Below are positions 22,488-33,439 of a stretch of 64,000 bases of DNA, piece after piece. The notes beneath the pieces were generated by a model that was not told where the DNA came from, did no database searches, and saw only the letters and a program-made list of their open reading frames with translations. The first letter of the stretch is position 1, and each line of letters opens with the position of its first letter. The position numbers and the translations under genes are program-made. The DNA is taken from assembly GCF_056712565.1 (NCBI RefSeq), contig NZ_CM160072.1. One strand, written 5' to 3'.

Positions 22488-23336
22488 TCATGCTTCGTCT
22501 GGTTGCCAGCCTTCCGTATACCAGATATGCAACAACGCATAAGAACGCCAAGGTTTCCAGCGCTCGGCATAACGGCGGATTTGTGCCGGTGTCATTCCCG
22601 GAAATCGCTGTTTAATCAGATAATCATCCGGCAGAAAAACATCTTTCGCCTGCCAGCCGCGCAAGGCGAAATAATTCGCCGTCCAGCGCCCGATCCCCGG
22701 AAAAGTTTGCAGTTTTTTCATCGCTTGTTCTACGTCGCCCGGTATTGTCATTGGTAAGGTGCCCTCCAGCGCCGCATTTGCCAGATGAATCAGTGCCTCT
22801 GCCCGTTTCAACGGCATACCTAACGCTTTTAATGCCTGCGGGTCGGCTGCAGCCAGCCGCTGAGGCGTGGGGAAGCAGACATAATCCGGAAAATCATCCA
22901 GCCGTTCGCCATAAAGCTGTGCCACTCTGGCGGTCAATTTTGCCGCCATCGCCACGCTCACCAGTTGGCCTAAAATCGCCCGCACGCCCTGCTCAAAAGC
23001 ATCAACACTGCCGGGTAAACGCAATCCGGGCCGCGCCGCGCCTAACTTGCCCAACGCACCGTTAACAATCTGCGGGTTACATTGCAGATCAAACAGGCAG
23101 CTCATTTTCGCCAGACACTCAGCGGCAACAGGTTCTAAACCTGCACTTAAATTTATGTGCAGAGTATGGCGGGCTATATCCGGAATAGCAGTCACCACGC
23201 CGCGATATTCGCCTACCGCCAGACTACAGGCATAATAACTGTCCGCGCCCGTTTCCACGCTGCTCACCGCACGGGCGGCGAGAAATCCCAACATCCACGA
23301 CCAGTCATACGGCGGCTGCCAGTTCAGGGTATACAT
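22488..23336 (-). CDS. alkA: 3-methyladenine DNA glycosylase II
   Basis: 282 aa starting MYTLNWQPPYDWSWMLGFLAARAVSSVE. HhH-GPD region GIGRWTANYFALRG. Confidence 0.95.
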   Translation of the reverse strand: MYTLNWQPPYDWSWMLGFLAARAVSSVETGADSYYACSLAVGEYRGVVTAIPDIARHTLHINLSAGLEPVAAECLAKMSCLFDLQCNPQIVNGALGKLGAARPGLRLPGSVDAFEQGVRAILGQLVSVAMAAKLTARVAQLYGERLDDFPDYVCFPTPQRLAAADPQALKALGMPLKRAEALIHLANAALEGTLPMTIPGDVEQAMKKLQTFPGIGRWTANYFALRGWQAKDVFLPDDYLIKQRFPGMTPAQIRRYAERWKPWRSYALLHIWYTEGWQPDEA

Positions 23337-23469
23337 CGCATCTCCTTGTTAATCCGCTTTCAGCATAAACGTTATTCAGACGCTGCGCTTTGCTTTCATA
23401 TTCCGGTTGTCGCGACGGCAACATTTCGCTAAAGTCACGCCCCTTCTTCACCGGCATGGGGATTATTTC

Positions 23470-24822
23470 GTGTTTATTGGTTTTGATTACGGTACAGCAA
23501 ACTGTTCAGTGGCGGTCATGCGCGACGGTAAACCGCATTTGCTAAAAATGGAAAACGACAGCACGCTGCTGCCTTCAATGCTTTGCGCGCCAACGCGTGA
23601 AGCGGTAAGCGAATGGCTGTACCGCCATCATGACGTTCCGGCAGACGACGATGAAACGCAGGCGCTGCTGCGTCGGGCGATTCGTTATAACCGCGAAGAA
23701 GATATCGATGTTACGGCGAAAAGCGTGCAGTTCGGTCTTTCCTCACTGGCACAGTACATTGATGATCCAGAAGAGGTGTGGTTTGTGAAATCACCAAAAT
23801 CGTTCCTCGGTGCCAGCGGCTTAAAACCGCAGCAGGTAGCGCTGTTTGAGGATCTGGTCTGCGCAATGATGTTGCACATTCGCCAGCAGGCGCAGGCTCA
23901 ACTGCCGGAGGCAATTACTCAGGCAGTGATTGGTCGCCCGATCAACTTCCAGGGGCTGGGCAGCGATGAAGCAAACACCCAGGCGCAAGGGATTCTGGAA
24001 CGCGCGGCGAAGCGTGCCGGGTTTAAGGATGTGGTATTCCAGTACGAGCCGGTCGCGGCTGGGCTGGATTACGAAGCCACCTTGCAGGAAGAAAAACGGG
24101 TGCTGGTGGTGGATATCGGCGGTGGTACGACTGACTGTTCTTTACTGCTAATGGGGCCACAGTGGCGTTCGCGCCTCGATCGTGAAGCCAGCCTGCTGGG
24201 TCACAGTGGTTGCCGTATTGGCGGTAACGATCTGGATATCGCACTGGCGTTTAAAAACCTGATGCCGTTACTGGGCATGGGTGGCGAAACCGAAAAAGGC
24301 ATCGCGCTGCCGATTCTGCCGTGGTGGAATGCGGTTGCCATCAACGACGTCCCTGCGCAAAGTGATTTCTACAGTAGTGCCAATGGTCGTCTGCTTAACG
24401 ATCTGGTACGCGATGCCCGCGAACCGGAAAAAGTGGCCCTGTTACAGAAAGTCTGGCGTCAGCGTTTAAGCTATCGCCTGGTACGTAGCGCAGAAGAGAG
24501 CAAAATTGCGCTTTCAAGCGTAGCGGAAACCCGCGCCTCACTGCCGTTTATCAGCGATGAACTGGCTACGCTGATTAGCCAGCAAGGGCTGGAAAGCGCC
24601 CTCAACCAGCCACTGGCGCGAATTCTGGAACAGGTGCAACTGGCGCTGGATAACGCCCAGGAAAAACCGGATGTCATCTATCTGACTGGTGGTAGCGCCC
24701 GATCGCCGCTGATTAAAAAAGCGCTGGCAGAACAGTTGCCGGGCATTCCGATTGCAGGCGGCGATGACTTTGGCTCCGTCACCGCCGGGCTGGCACGCTG
24801 GGCGGAAGTGGTGTTTCGTTAA
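23470..24822 (+). CDS. yegD: Hsp70/actin-fold ATPase YegD
   Basis: GTG start gives (M)FIGFDYGTANCSVAVM and 450 aa. DnaK-like phosphate-1 motif and DIGGGTTD. Confidence 0.88.
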   Translation: MFIGFDYGTANCSVAVMRDGKPHLLKMENDSTLLPSMLCAPTREAVSEWLYRHHDVPADDDETQALLRRAIRYNREEDIDVTAKSVQFGLSSLAQYIDDPEEVWFVKSPKSFLGASGLKPQQVALFEDLVCAMMLHIRQQAQAQLPEAITQAVIGRPINFQGLGSDEANTQAQGILERAAKRAGFKDVVFQYEPVAAGLDYEATLQEEKRVLVVDIGGGTTDCSLLLMGPQWRSRLDREASLLGHSGCRIGGNDLDIALAFKNLMPLLGMGGETEKGIALPILPWWNAVAINDVPAQSDFYSSANGRLLNDLVRDAREPEKVALLQKVWRQRLSYRLVRSAEESKIALSSVAETRASLPFISDELATLISQQGLESALNQPLARILEQVQLALDNAQEKPDVIYLTGGSARSPLIKKALAEQLPGIPIAGGDDFGSVTAGLARWAEVVFR

Positions 24823-24834
24823 TTGAAAAATGGC

Positions 24835-26775
24835 TCAGCAGCGGCTTAAATCAGCCTTCGCCTGAGCCAGTTTTTCTGCCGCCTGACGTAGCGGCTCCAT
24901 CAACGGCATGGTCCGTGCTGGAGCATGAAGGCGGAATCGCTGCAACTCTGTCGCACCGACAGTCAACGCCGATTCCAGCCGATGTCGTTTGGCGGTCATT
25001 TTCGCCATTACCGCTTGTCTGTCTGCTGGCGTTACCGCTTCATTCGGCCTGAACACAAAACGGCGTTCGCAACTCGCTTTCCAGTCGATAACCGCCTGGG
25101 TCAGATGATCACCAAAACCTTTTACTTGCTTAACGCTCCGTCGGGTAACGTCTGCCGCCGTTTCAATACCAAAGGACCGTAACGCCGCTTTACGCGCAGG
25201 GCCAACGCCGGGAATAGAGGCAACATCAATAAAAAATCCCTCCAGAAACTTCTGCTTCTGCCGTTCCCTTGCGGTGTCCTGAAGTGCTGCCAGATCGCGC
25301 TTTTCTTCTTCCGGTAACCCAAGAATTTCGTCCTTCATTTTTTCGAGCCTCGCCCGTTTGGCGATAAAACCTTCCAGCCCGCCCAACTGCTGGATCTGGC
25401 TGACTAAATGGTCATAGTCCATTTTCGCGCGATTAAACGCCTCACGGCGTTGCTGGATTTCTGCTTTGTACGCTTTGCTTGTCAGGCTGCCAATAATCCA
25501 GATAGCCGCCAGCACAGGAATCAAAATAATATAACTCGGTTCTGCCTGAAGGCCGCAAAACAACAGCGATAACGCTGACAGTGCGATCTCAATCAGAATG
25601 ATGTATTCGCGCCGTAACAGGCCTAAAGGAAGCGACCTGCCAGTCGGTTGGAAATGATCGGGTAATGGCAATTGCAATGCTGGCGGTGCTACTGATGCCA
25701 TCACCATCGCCCAGACTCTCGCCAGCACAAAATCACCGCCGGTGGTAATGACCTCTTCACCGAGATCAATAAAATAGATAACGCCTTGATTATCCAGCGC
25801 ACACCACGGGCAGTCAGTCAAATGAGCGGGGTAAACATGCATTGCCGAAACGGTACATTTCTTTAACTGTTGGCGTAGTAAATCAAGTGCCGCTACCCAC
25901 GCTTTTGCCGTCGGACGCCCGGTTGCCACGCCACTTTCCGTGAATGCCTGCTGAAACATGGCTTCAACATCGCCCGGTAACATCGACAGCGGAATCGATC
26001 GTGGCGGCGGTTTTAAACCACGTCGCTGATTATCTGAGGCGTAGGCATAACGGAAATGGGCAATATCCGTCTCCAGCGCATTACCTGCATCAGAGATAAG
26101 CGGTACACCGGAATAAGGATGCCGCCCACCAAACAAGATGTGAAATATCAGCAACGCAAGGCCAAAATTATCGTGATTTTCTGTGCGTTCAAAGCCGACA
26201 AATGATGGCATGGTTTGCAGCTCTGGCGGCGTAAAATGCGACACGCCGACTTCGCATAAATGCAGTGTACCATTGGCATTAATCTGAAAGGAGTCGCTAT
26301 CAATCAACACCACTTTGCTGTCGCGACCTACCATAAAGCTGTTCTGGTTTACGTCACCCACGACGTGCCCGTGCTCATGAACAGTAGCAAAAGATGAAGC
26401 AATATTGCGCGCAACATAGAGTAGAAAATCCCACGCACAATGAGGGTAACTCTGGCGACGATGTGCCGGGCTATAGATCATATGAATCGGTTCTTTACCA
26501 GAAACTTTTGGCATCATAAAACCGATAACTTTTCCGCCTCGTCCACCGTGAAGCGTTGCCTGCGGCCAGGCGACATAATTCAACAACTGCGCGTCAGCTG
26601 TCGCAGCCATAAAGGCAAGTTTGTCCTGTTTTAAGGCGGGTGGCGGCGTGTGATAAATCTTGGCGACGCTATCGACAAACTCCTCGATATCATAAACCGC
26701 ACCTTCGCCGCCTTTGCCCAGTTCACGGCCAGGCGTAACGCACTCACCAGTAGCAGTATATAAAGTGGGTTTCAT
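24835..26775 (-). CDS. yegI: Eukaryotic-like Ser/Thr protein kinase with 2 TM helices, a coiled coil and C-terminal helix-hairpin-helix motifs
   Basis: Gly-rich loop GKGGEGAVY, Lys in VAKIY, catalytic loop GDVNQNS, DSD for DFG. TM segments YIILIEIALSALSLLFCGL and ILIPVLAAIWIIGSL. HhH motifs IPGVGPARKAALRSFGI and VKGFGDHL. The ATG at 26775 forms an ATGA overlap with the yegK stop; the track uses a GTG 9 nt upstream. Confidence 0.88.
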   Translation of the reverse strand: MKPTLYTATGECVTPGRELGKGGEGAVYDIEEFVDSVAKIYHTPPPALKQDKLAFMAATADAQLLNYVAWPQATLHGGRGGKVIGFMMPKVSGKEPIHMIYSPAHRRQSYPHCAWDFLLYVARNIASSFATVHEHGHVVGDVNQNSFMVGRDSKVVLIDSDSFQINANGTLHLCEVGVSHFTPPELQTMPSFVGFERTENHDNFGLALLIFHILFGGRHPYSGVPLISDAGNALETDIAHFRYAYASDNQRRGLKPPPRSIPLSMLPGDVEAMFQQAFTESGVATGRPTAKAWVAALDLLRQQLKKCTVSAMHVYPAHLTDCPWCALDNQGVIYFIDLGEEVITTGGDFVLARVWAMVMASVAPPALQLPLPDHFQPTGRSLPLGLLRREYIILIEIALSALSLLFCGLQAEPSYIILIPVLAAIWIIGSLTSKAYKAEIQQRREAFNRAKMDYDHLVSQIQQLGGLEGFIAKRARLEKMKDEILGLPEEEKRDLAALQDTARERQKQKFLEGFFIDVASIPGVGPARKAALRSFGIETAADVTRRSVKQVKGFGDHLTQAVIDWKASCERRFVFRPNEAVTPADRQAVMAKMTAKRHRLESALTVGATELQRFRLHAPARTMPLMEPLRQAAEKLAQAKADLSRC

Positions 26776-27533
26776 GGTAACCACAGCGCCAGTGCCAACG
26801 TTTTATCATCATCCGTACGCTCGTTTACCGCCGGGCTGGACAAAAACTGCTTTAACAATTCAGGTAATAAATCGAGTTGTTCCTGCGTTGCTGACGCCAG
26901 TCCATTGAAAAACGGGGTAAAGAAAGGCACATGCGGAGAATTATCCAGCATATTTAACGCCAGTCGCTGAATACCATCCGTAAATGCTGCAACTTTGTGC
27001 GCACGCTCAGTGCTGGTGAAAGTTTCCAGTCTGGAAACGGCATCTTCATCGGTAATGAAGTGCGTCATATTGGTATATTCACCCACCATCGGCGTGAGCG
27101 GCAGTTGCAAACCGTGCCCCAAATCTACCACCACGCCGCCATCGCCAATCTGCATAATCAAGGTGCCATTAGCTGATGAAATCAATCCCAAAAACGTGCA
27201 GGCAAAATCGCGAACCGCTAATTCTTTGGCTTCCGCCTCGGCAAAAAGTCGCTGACGAATGGTCAGCACAATGTCCGTTGCGAGGACATCATTAAGCCCC
27301 AATTCCCCGCCCTGCATTTTTTGCGACATATAAGCCATCGCTTCATTGACGGCGAGCATCGCACCTTCGCCACCCTGCGAGACGCTGCCTGCGCCATCAG
27401 CGACAAATACCGACAATAATGGCTGCTGGTCATTTAGCCAGGCAACCTGCATCTGGCAGGCATCCTGGCAAGGCAAATCAGCGCTAATATGCGACGTTCC
27501 AACGGCTGATGCATAGACCAGTCGCCAGCTCAC
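26772..27533 (-). CDS. yegK: PP2C-family Ser/Thr phosphatase
   Basis: 253 aa. PP2C-like acidic metal motifs (CQDA, VADGAGS, QIGDGG, FTDG). GTGA overlap with the yegL stop. Confidence 0.85.
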   Translation of the reverse strand: MSWRLVYASAVGTSHISADLPCQDACQMQVAWLNDQQPLLSVFVADGAGSVSQGGEGAMLAVNEAMAYMSQKMQGGELGLNDVLATDIVLTIRQRLFAEAEAKELAVRDFACTFLGLISSANGTLIMQIGDGGVVVDLGHGLQLPLTPMVGEYTNMTHFITDEDAVSRLETFTSTERAHKVAAFTDGIQRLALNMLDNSPHVPFFTPFFNGLASATQEQLDLLPELLKQFLSSPAVNERTDDDKTLALALWLP

Positions 27534-28189
27534 ACTGACGTCCAGCCTTTTGGCGCTTCCAGCACAACTTCCGTTCCCGGCGTGGAGCGGGAAACCGAAC
27601 GCAGCGAACTGGATAACCAGCTAAACAGTTCACGGAATTGTAATCCCTGCAGAGACAAAGGCTGACGGACGCTGATTTGGGCCAGCGTCTTCATATCCGC
27701 CCCCTGAACACCGATGGTAAAGAAGGCAAACTTCTTATCTTCTTCCCCCTGAAACACTTTGTTGGCGGCAGCCTGCCACTCATCGGTTGGTGCGCCATCG
27801 GTGATCAGGAAAATCCACGGACGATAATAGGAAATACCATTGGCACGATATTCACGTTTCCGCTCCTCAACCATATCCAGGGCTTTGGTAATGGCAGCGC
27901 CCATTGGTGTATCGCCCTGGGCAAACAGGATGGGCGGGAAAAAATTAGCGGCGCTGGTAAAGGGTTGTTCCACATGCACCGGGCCGAACGTCACAATGCC
28001 GAGTTCCACTCTTTTTAAGGCCAGCGAATCGGCAAGCAGCTCATCGCGAAAGGTAACCAATCCGGTGTTAAGTTCATTAATGGGTCTGCCGCTCATCGAG
28101 CCAGAAACATCCAGCAGCAAAATGCAGGGGCAACGTGGTTCCGGGTTACTGGCAAAATCGCTGGTGGCAAACGTGATTTGTTCGCTCAT
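27530..28189 (-). CDS. yegL: von Willebrand factor A (TerY-like) protein
   Basis: 219 aa. MIDAS motif [11 protein letters not shown], later TDG. Confidence 0.85.
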   Translation of the reverse strand: MSEQITFATSDFASNPEPRCPCILLLDVSGSMSGRPINELNTGLVTFRDELLADSLALKRVELGIVTFGPVHVEQPFTSAANFFPPILFAQGDTPMGAAITKALDMVEERKREYRANGISYYRPWIFLITDGAPTDEWQAAANKVFQGEEDKKFAFFTIGVQGADMKTLAQISVRQPLSLQGLQFRELFSWLSSSLRSVSRSTPGTEVVLEAPKGWTSV

Positions 28190-28369
28190 AAGAAATCCTT
28201 TCTTAGAGAATTATTGAGGTCCGGTATCATACCGATTGCAATAATGAAATAAGAGCAAACGAAGAAACTTTCAGAATTAGGCCCGGCGGCGCAGAAAATT
28301 TTGCTATTCGCCTCGCAAGAACGGAGAGCCGTCGATTGACACTAAGGGCGGAGTGACATAATTTCAGGA

Positions 28370-28508
28370 GTGAGGGTAGAGCGGGGTTTCCCCCGCCCTG
28401 GTAGTCTTAGTAAGCTGGCCAGCTAATGACTAAGAGCACCACGATGATGAGTAGCTTCATCATGACCCTTTCCTTATTTAAGGCCCCTTCCTCGGGAGGG
28501 GCTTTCCC
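28370..28508 (+). ncRNA. sibA: Sib antisense sRNA, copy 1 (ends approximate)
   Basis: Promoter TTGACA (28336-28341), 17 nt, TAATTT. Fully antisense to the ibs ORF. Terminator GGCCCCTTCCTCGGGAGGGGC plus a T-rich tail. Confidence 0.7.
28407..28463 (-). CDS. ibsA: Ibs type I toxin, 18-aa hydrophobic peptide, copy 1
   Basis: Hand translation gives MMKLLIIVVLLVISWPAY*. Too short for the ORF track. Confidence 0.75.
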   Translation of the reverse strand: MMKLLIIVVLLVISWPAY

Positions 28509-28696
28509 GTTTCAGCGTCCCGCTGAAATCTTCGGCTTACCTCCTTTCGCCCTGTATGCAGTCTATCGCTGACTTGCGGATAAAATAGTTTCAAGTGTGA
28601 TTATTGCGTAACGACTCGCAAAGAATATTTGCTGGCAGGATCGCAGACTGCAAAGTCTGCGGATTGACAATTGGACCGTGAAGGCATACTTTCAGG

Positions 28697-28836
28697 AGTG
28701 AGGGTAGAGCGGGGTTTCCCCCGCCCTGGTAGTCTTAGTATGCTGGGTAGCTAATGACTAAGAGCACCACGATGATGAGTATCTTCATCATGACCCTTTC
28801 CTTATTTAAGGCCCCTTCCTCGGGAGGGGCTTTTCC
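28697..28836 (+). ncRNA. sibB: Sib antisense sRNA, copy 2 (ends approximate)
   Basis: Second unit about 328 bp downstream. TTGACA at 28664-28669 and the same terminator hairpin at 28810-28834. Confidence 0.7.
28735..28791 (-). CDS. ibsB: Ibs type I toxin, 18-aa peptide, copy 2
   Basis: Hand translation gives MMKILIIVVLLVISYPAY*. Confidence 0.75.
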   Translation of the reverse strand: MMKILIIVVLLVISYPAY

Positions 28837-28998
28837 GTTTCAGCGTCCCGCTGAAATCGTCGGCTTATCTCCTTTCGCCATGCAAGCAGTCTATCGCTAA
28901 CGCGTAGATAAAATAGTTTCATGTGTTATTACTGGATGCGTGCTCGCAAATGTGCCCGTCATTCAGACGATTCCCGACAGTGTTTCATAATTCCTCCA

Positions 28999-29016
28999 TT
29001 TTTCTCCCTTATTGGC
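28999..29016 (+). promoter_or_regulatory. BaeR binding box upstream of mdtA
   Basis: TTTTTCTCCCTTATTGGC matches 17/18 of the remembered BaeR consensus TTTTTCTCCATDATTGGC. It lies 54 nt upstream of the mdtA ATG. Confidence 0.7.
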
Positions 29017-29069
29017 TGGCTACACTAGTATCATTCCGCGAAACGTTTCAGGAAGAGAAACTCTTAACG

Positions 29070-30317
29070 ATGAAAGGCAGTTATAAATCCCGTTGGGTAA
29101 TCGTAATCGTGGTGGTTATCGCCGCCATCGCCGCATTCTGGTTCTGGCAAGGCCGCAATGACTCCCAGAGTGCAGCCCCTGGGGCGACGAAACAAGCGCA
29201 GCAATCGCCAGCGGGTGGTCGCCGTGGTATGCGTGCCGGCCCATTAGCTCCGGTTCAGGCGGCGACCGCAGTAGAACAGGCTGTTCCGCGTTACCTCACC
29301 GGGCTTGGCACCATTACCGCCGCTAATACTGTTACGGTGCGCAGCCGCGTGGACGGTCAACTGATGGCGTTACATTTCCAGGAAGGCCAGCAGGTCAAAG
29401 CAGGCGATTTACTGGCAGAAATTGACCCAAGTCAGTTCAAAGTTGCATTAGCACAAGCCCAGGGCCAACTGGCAAAAGATAAAGCCACGCTCGCCAACGC
29501 CCGCCGTGACCTGTCGCGTTATCAACAACTGGCAAAAACCAATCTCGTATCTCGTCAGGAACTGGATGCCCAACAAGCGCTGGTCAGTGAAACCGAAGGT
29601 ACCATTAAGGCTGATGAAGCAAGCGTCGCCAGCGCGCAATTGCAACTCGACTGGAGCCGTATCACCGCACCAGTTGATGGTCGCGTTGGTCTCAAGCAGG
29701 TTGATGTTGGTAACCAAATCTCCAGTGGCGACACCACCGGGATTGTGGTGATCACCCAAACACATCCTATCGATCTGGTCTTTACTCTGCCGGAAAGCGA
29801 TATCGCCACCGTTGTACAGGCGCAAAAAGCCGGAAAACCGCTGGTGGTAGAAGCCTGGGATCGCACCAACTCGAAGAAGTTAAGTGAAGGCACGCTGTTA
29901 AGTCTCGATAACCAAATCGATGCCACTACCGGTACGATTAAAGTGAAAGCTCGCTTTAATAATCAGGATGATGCGCTTTTCCCTAATCAGTTTGTTAACG
30001 CTCGCATGTTAGTCGATACCGAACAAAACGCCGTGGTGATCCCCACCGCCGCACTGCAAATGGGCAACGAAGGCCATTTTGTCTGGGTACTGAATAGCGA
30101 AAACAAAGTCAGCAAACATCTGGTGACACCGGGCATTCAGGACAGTCAGAAAGTGGTGATCCGCGCAGGTATTTCTGCGGGCGATCGCGTAGTGACGGAC
30201 GGCATTGATCGCCTGACCGAAGGGGCGAAAGTGGAAGTGGTGGAAGCCCAGAGCACCACTACTCCGGAAGAGAAAGCCACCAGCCGCGAATACGCGAAAA
30301 AAGGAGCGCGCTCCTGA
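29070..30317 (+). CDS. mdtA: RND efflux membrane fusion protein
   Basis: Start set at [26 protein letters not shown], giving 415 aa. The track ORF starts 49 codons earlier. Confidence 0.92.
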   Translation: MKGSYKSRWVIVIVVVIAAIAAFWFWQGRNDSQSAAPGATKQAQQSPAGGRRGMRAGPLAPVQAATAVEQAVPRYLTGLGTITAANTVTVRSRVDGQLMALHFQEGQQVKAGDLLAEIDPSQFKVALAQAQGQLAKDKATLANARRDLSRYQQLAKTNLVSRQELDAQQALVSETEGTIKADEASVASAQLQLDWSRITAPVDGRVGLKQVDVGNQISSGDTTGIVVITQTHPIDLVFTLPESDIATVVQAQKAGKPLVVEAWDRTNSKKLSEGTLLSLDNQIDATTGTIKVKARFNNQDDALFPNQFVNARMLVDTEQNAVVIPTAALQMGNEGHFVWVLNSENKVSKHLVTPGIQDSQKVVIRAGISAGDRVVTDGIDRLTEGAKVEVVEAQSTTTPEEKATSREYAKKGARS

Positions 30318-33300
30318 TGCAGGTGTTACCTCCGAGCAGCACAGGCGGCCCGTCGCGCCTGTTTATTATGCGTCCTGTCGCCACCACGCTGCTGATGGTG
30401 GCGATCTTACTCGCCGGGATTATCGGTTATCGCGCCCTGCCCGTTTCGGCACTGCCGGAAGTGGATTATCCGACCATTCAGGTGGTCACGCTCTACCCAG
30501 GTGCAAGCCCGGATGTCATGACCTCTGCCGTTACCGCGCCGCTCGAACGCCAGTTTGGGCAGATGTCCGGCCTGAAACAAATGTCGTCGCAAAGTTCCGG
30601 CGGTGCGTCAGTTATCACTTTACAGTTCCAGCTAACCTTACCGCTGGATGTCGCCGAGCAGGAAGTGCAGGCCGCGATTAACGCTGCCACTAACCTGTTG
30701 CCGAGCGATCTGCCTAACCCGCCGGTTTACAGCAAAGTGAACCCGGCAGATCCGCCGATCATGACGCTCGCCGTCACCTCAACCGCCATGCCGATGACCC
30801 AGGTGGAAGATATGGTGGAAACCCGCGTCGCGCAGAAAATCTCGCAGATTTCCGGCGTAGGGCTGGTCACGCTTTCCGGCGGCCAGCGTCCGGCTGTTCG
30901 CGTCAAACTTAACGCTCAGGCGATTGCCGCCCTCGGTCTGACCAGCGAAACCGTGCGCACCGCTATTACCGGCGCTAACGTTAACTCGGCAAAAGGGAGC
31001 CTCGACGGCCCTTCCCGCGCGGTCACGCTTTCCGCGAACGACCAGATGCAATCCGCCGAAGAGTATCGCCAGCTAATCATCGCCTACCAGAACGGCGCAC
31101 CGATTCGTCTGGGCGATGTCGCAACCGTAGAGCAAGGAGCAGAAAACAGCTGGCTCGGCGCGTGGGCGAACAAAGAACAGGCCATTGTGATGAATGTCCA
31201 GCGCCAGCCCGGTGCTAACATTATCTCCACCGCCGACAGCATCCGGCAGATGCTACCACAGCTCACCGAGAGTCTGCCGAAATCGGTGAAGGTGACGGTA
31301 CTTTCTGACCGTACCACCAATATCCGCGCATCGGTCGACGATACCCAGTTTGAGCTGATGATGGCTATCGCGCTGGTAGTCATGATTATCTACCTGTTTT
31401 TGCGCAATATTCCGGCGACCATCATTCCCGGCGTCGCAGTGCCGCTGTCGTTAATCGGCACCTTCGCGGTCATGGTGTTTCTCGATTTTTCAATCAATAA
31501 CCTGACGCTGATGGCGTTAACTATCGCCACCGGATTTGTGGTCGATGACGCCATCGTGGTGATCGAAAACATTTCCCGCTATATCGAAAAAGGCGAAAAA
31601 CCGCTGGCGGCGGCGCTCAAGGGCGCGGGTGAAATCGGCTTTACCATTATCTCGCTGACCTTCTCGCTGATTGCGGTGTTGATCCCCCTGCTGTTTATGG
31701 GCGATATCGTCGGGCGACTGTTCCGCGAATTTGCTATTACCCTGGCAGTCGCGATTTTGATCTCAGCGGTGGTGTCGCTAACCCTGACACCGATGATGTG
31801 CGCACGGATGCTCAGCCAGGAGTCGCTGCGTAAACAGAACCGCTTCTCCCGTGCCTCGGAGAAAATGTTCGACAGGATAATCGCCGCCTATGGTCGTGGA
31901 CTGGCGAAAGTGCTGAATCATCCGTGGCTGACCTTAAGCGTGGCGCTCAGCACGCTGCTGCTTAGCGTGCTGCTGTGGGTGTTCATTCCGAAAGGTTTCT
32001 TCCCGGTGCAGGACAACGGCATTATTCAGGGCACTTTGCAGGCACCGCAATCCAGCTCCTTTGCCAATATGGCCCAGCGGCAACGCCAGGTCGCGGACGT
32101 GATTTTGCAGGATCCGGCAGTGCAAAGTTTGACCTCATTTGTTGGCGTTGATGGCACTAACCCGTCGCTGAACAGTGCGCGTTTACAGATCAATCTCAAA
32201 CCACTGGATGAACGAGATGACCGGGTGCAAAAAGTCATCGCCCGTCTGCAAACGGCGGTGGATAAAGTGCCGGGCGTCGATCTCTTCCTGCAACCAACGC
32301 AGGACCTGACTATTGATACTCAGGTCAGCCGCACCCAGTACCAGTTTACCTTGCAGGCCACGTCACTGGATGCGCTCAGTACCTGGGTGCCACAGTTGAT
32401 GGAAAAACTCCAGCAGCTGCCACAGCTTTCTGATGTCTCCAGCGACTGGCAGGACAAAGGGCTGGTGGCGTATGTCAATGTCGACAGGGACAGCGCCAGC
32501 CGTCTGGGGATCAGCATGGCGGATGTCGATAACGCCCTGTACAACGCGTTTGGTCAGCGACTGATTTCCACTATTTATACTCAGGCTAACCAGTATCGCG
32601 TGGTACTGGAACACAACACCGAAAATACCCCAGGCCTCGCGGCGCTGGATACCATTCGCCTGACCAGCAGCGACGGTGGCGTGGTGCCGTTAAGCTCAAT
32701 TGCCAAAATTGAGCAGCGTTTTGCGCCGCTTTCCATCAACCATCTGGATCAGTTCCCGGTAACGACTATCTCCTTTAACGTGCCGGATAACTATTCGCTG
32801 GGCGATGCGGTGCAAGCGATTATGGACACAGAGAAGACGCTGAATCTGCCGGTGGATATCACCACGCAGTTCCAGGGCAGCACCCTCGCCTTCCAGTCAG
32901 CGCTGGGCAGCACTGTCTGGCTGATTGTCGCGGCGGTGGTGGCGATGTATATCGTGCTCGGCATTCTGTACGAGAGCTTTATTCACCCGATCACCATTCT
33001 CTCGACGCTACCCACCGCAGGGGTCGGCGCGCTGCTGGCGTTAATGATTGCCGGTAGCGAACTGGATGTGATTGCCATTATCGGCATTATTTTGCTGATC
33101 GGTATCGTGAAGAAGAACGCCATCATGATGATCGACTTCGCGCTGGCTGCTGAGCGCGAGCAAGGCATGTCGCCGCGCGAAGCTATTTACCAGGCTTGTC
33201 TGTTGCGTTTTCGTCCGATCCTGATGACCACTCTGGCGGCTCTGCTTGGTGCGCTGCCGCTGATGTTGAGTACCGGGGTCGGCGCGGAACTGCGTCGTCC

Positions 33301-33439
33301 GTTAGGTATCGGCATGGTCGGCGGTCTGATTGTCAGCCAGGTGCTGACGCTGTTTACCACGCCGGTGATTTATCTGCTGTTCGACCGTCTGGCATTGTGG
33401 ACCAAAAGCCGCTTTGCCCGTCATGAAGAGGAGGCGTAA
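30317..33439 (+). CDS. mdtB: RND efflux pump subunit
   Basis: 1040 aa with AcrB-like 12-TM architecture. 1-nt overlap with the mdtA stop. Confidence 0.95.
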   Translation: MQVLPPSSTGGPSRLFIMRPVATTLLMVAILLAGIIGYRALPVSALPEVDYPTIQVVTLYPGASPDVMTSAVTAPLERQFGQMSGLKQMSSQSSGGASVITLQFQLTLPLDVAEQEVQAAINAATNLLPSDLPNPPVYSKVNPADPPIMTLAVTSTAMPMTQVEDMVETRVAQKISQISGVGLVTLSGGQRPAVRVKLNAQAIAALGLTSETVRTAITGANVNSAKGSLDGPSRAVTLSANDQMQSAEEYRQLIIAYQNGAPIRLGDVATVEQGAENSWLGAWANKEQAIVMNVQRQPGANIISTADSIRQMLPQLTESLPKSVKVTVLSDRTTNIRASVDDTQFELMMAIALVVMIIYLFLRNIPATIIPGVAVPLSLIGTFAVMVFLDFSINNLTLMALTIATGFVVDDAIVVIENISRYIEKGEKPLAAALKGAGEIGFTIISLTFSLIAVLIPLLFMGDIVGRLFREFAITLAVAILISAVVSLTLTPMMCARMLSQESLRKQNRFSRASEKMFDRIIAAYGRGLAKVLNHPWLTLSVALSTLLLSVLLWVFIPKGFFPVQDNGIIQGTLQAPQSSSFANMAQRQRQVADVILQDPAVQSLTSFVGVDGTNPSLNSARLQINLKPLDERDDRVQKVIARLQTAVDKVPGVDLFLQPTQDLTIDTQVSRTQYQFTLQATSLDALSTWVPQLMEKLQQLPQLSDVSSDWQDKGLVAYVNVDRDSASRLGISMADVDNALYNAFGQRLISTIYTQANQYRVVLEHNTENTPGLAALDTIRLTSSDGGVVPLSSIAKIEQRFAPLSINHLDQFPVTTISFNVPDNYSLGDAVQAIMDTEKTLNLPVDITTQFQGSTLAFQSALGSTVWLIVAAVVAMYIVLGILYESFIHPITILSTLPTAGVGALLALMIAGSELDVIAIIGIILLIGIVKKNAIMMIDFALAAEREQGMSPREAIYQACLLRFRPILMTTLAALLGALPLMLSTGVGAELRRPLGIGMVGGLIVSQVLTLFTTPVIYLLFDRLALWTKSRFARHEEEA

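Noticed and set aside
28355-28925. A two-copy repeat of about 328 bp that superficially looks array-like, raising the question of a CRISPR.
   Set aside because: There are only two units. Each is explained by an ibs peptide gene plus a sib antisense RNA with its own promoter and terminator. I saw no short repeat-spacer periodicity anywhere in the window.
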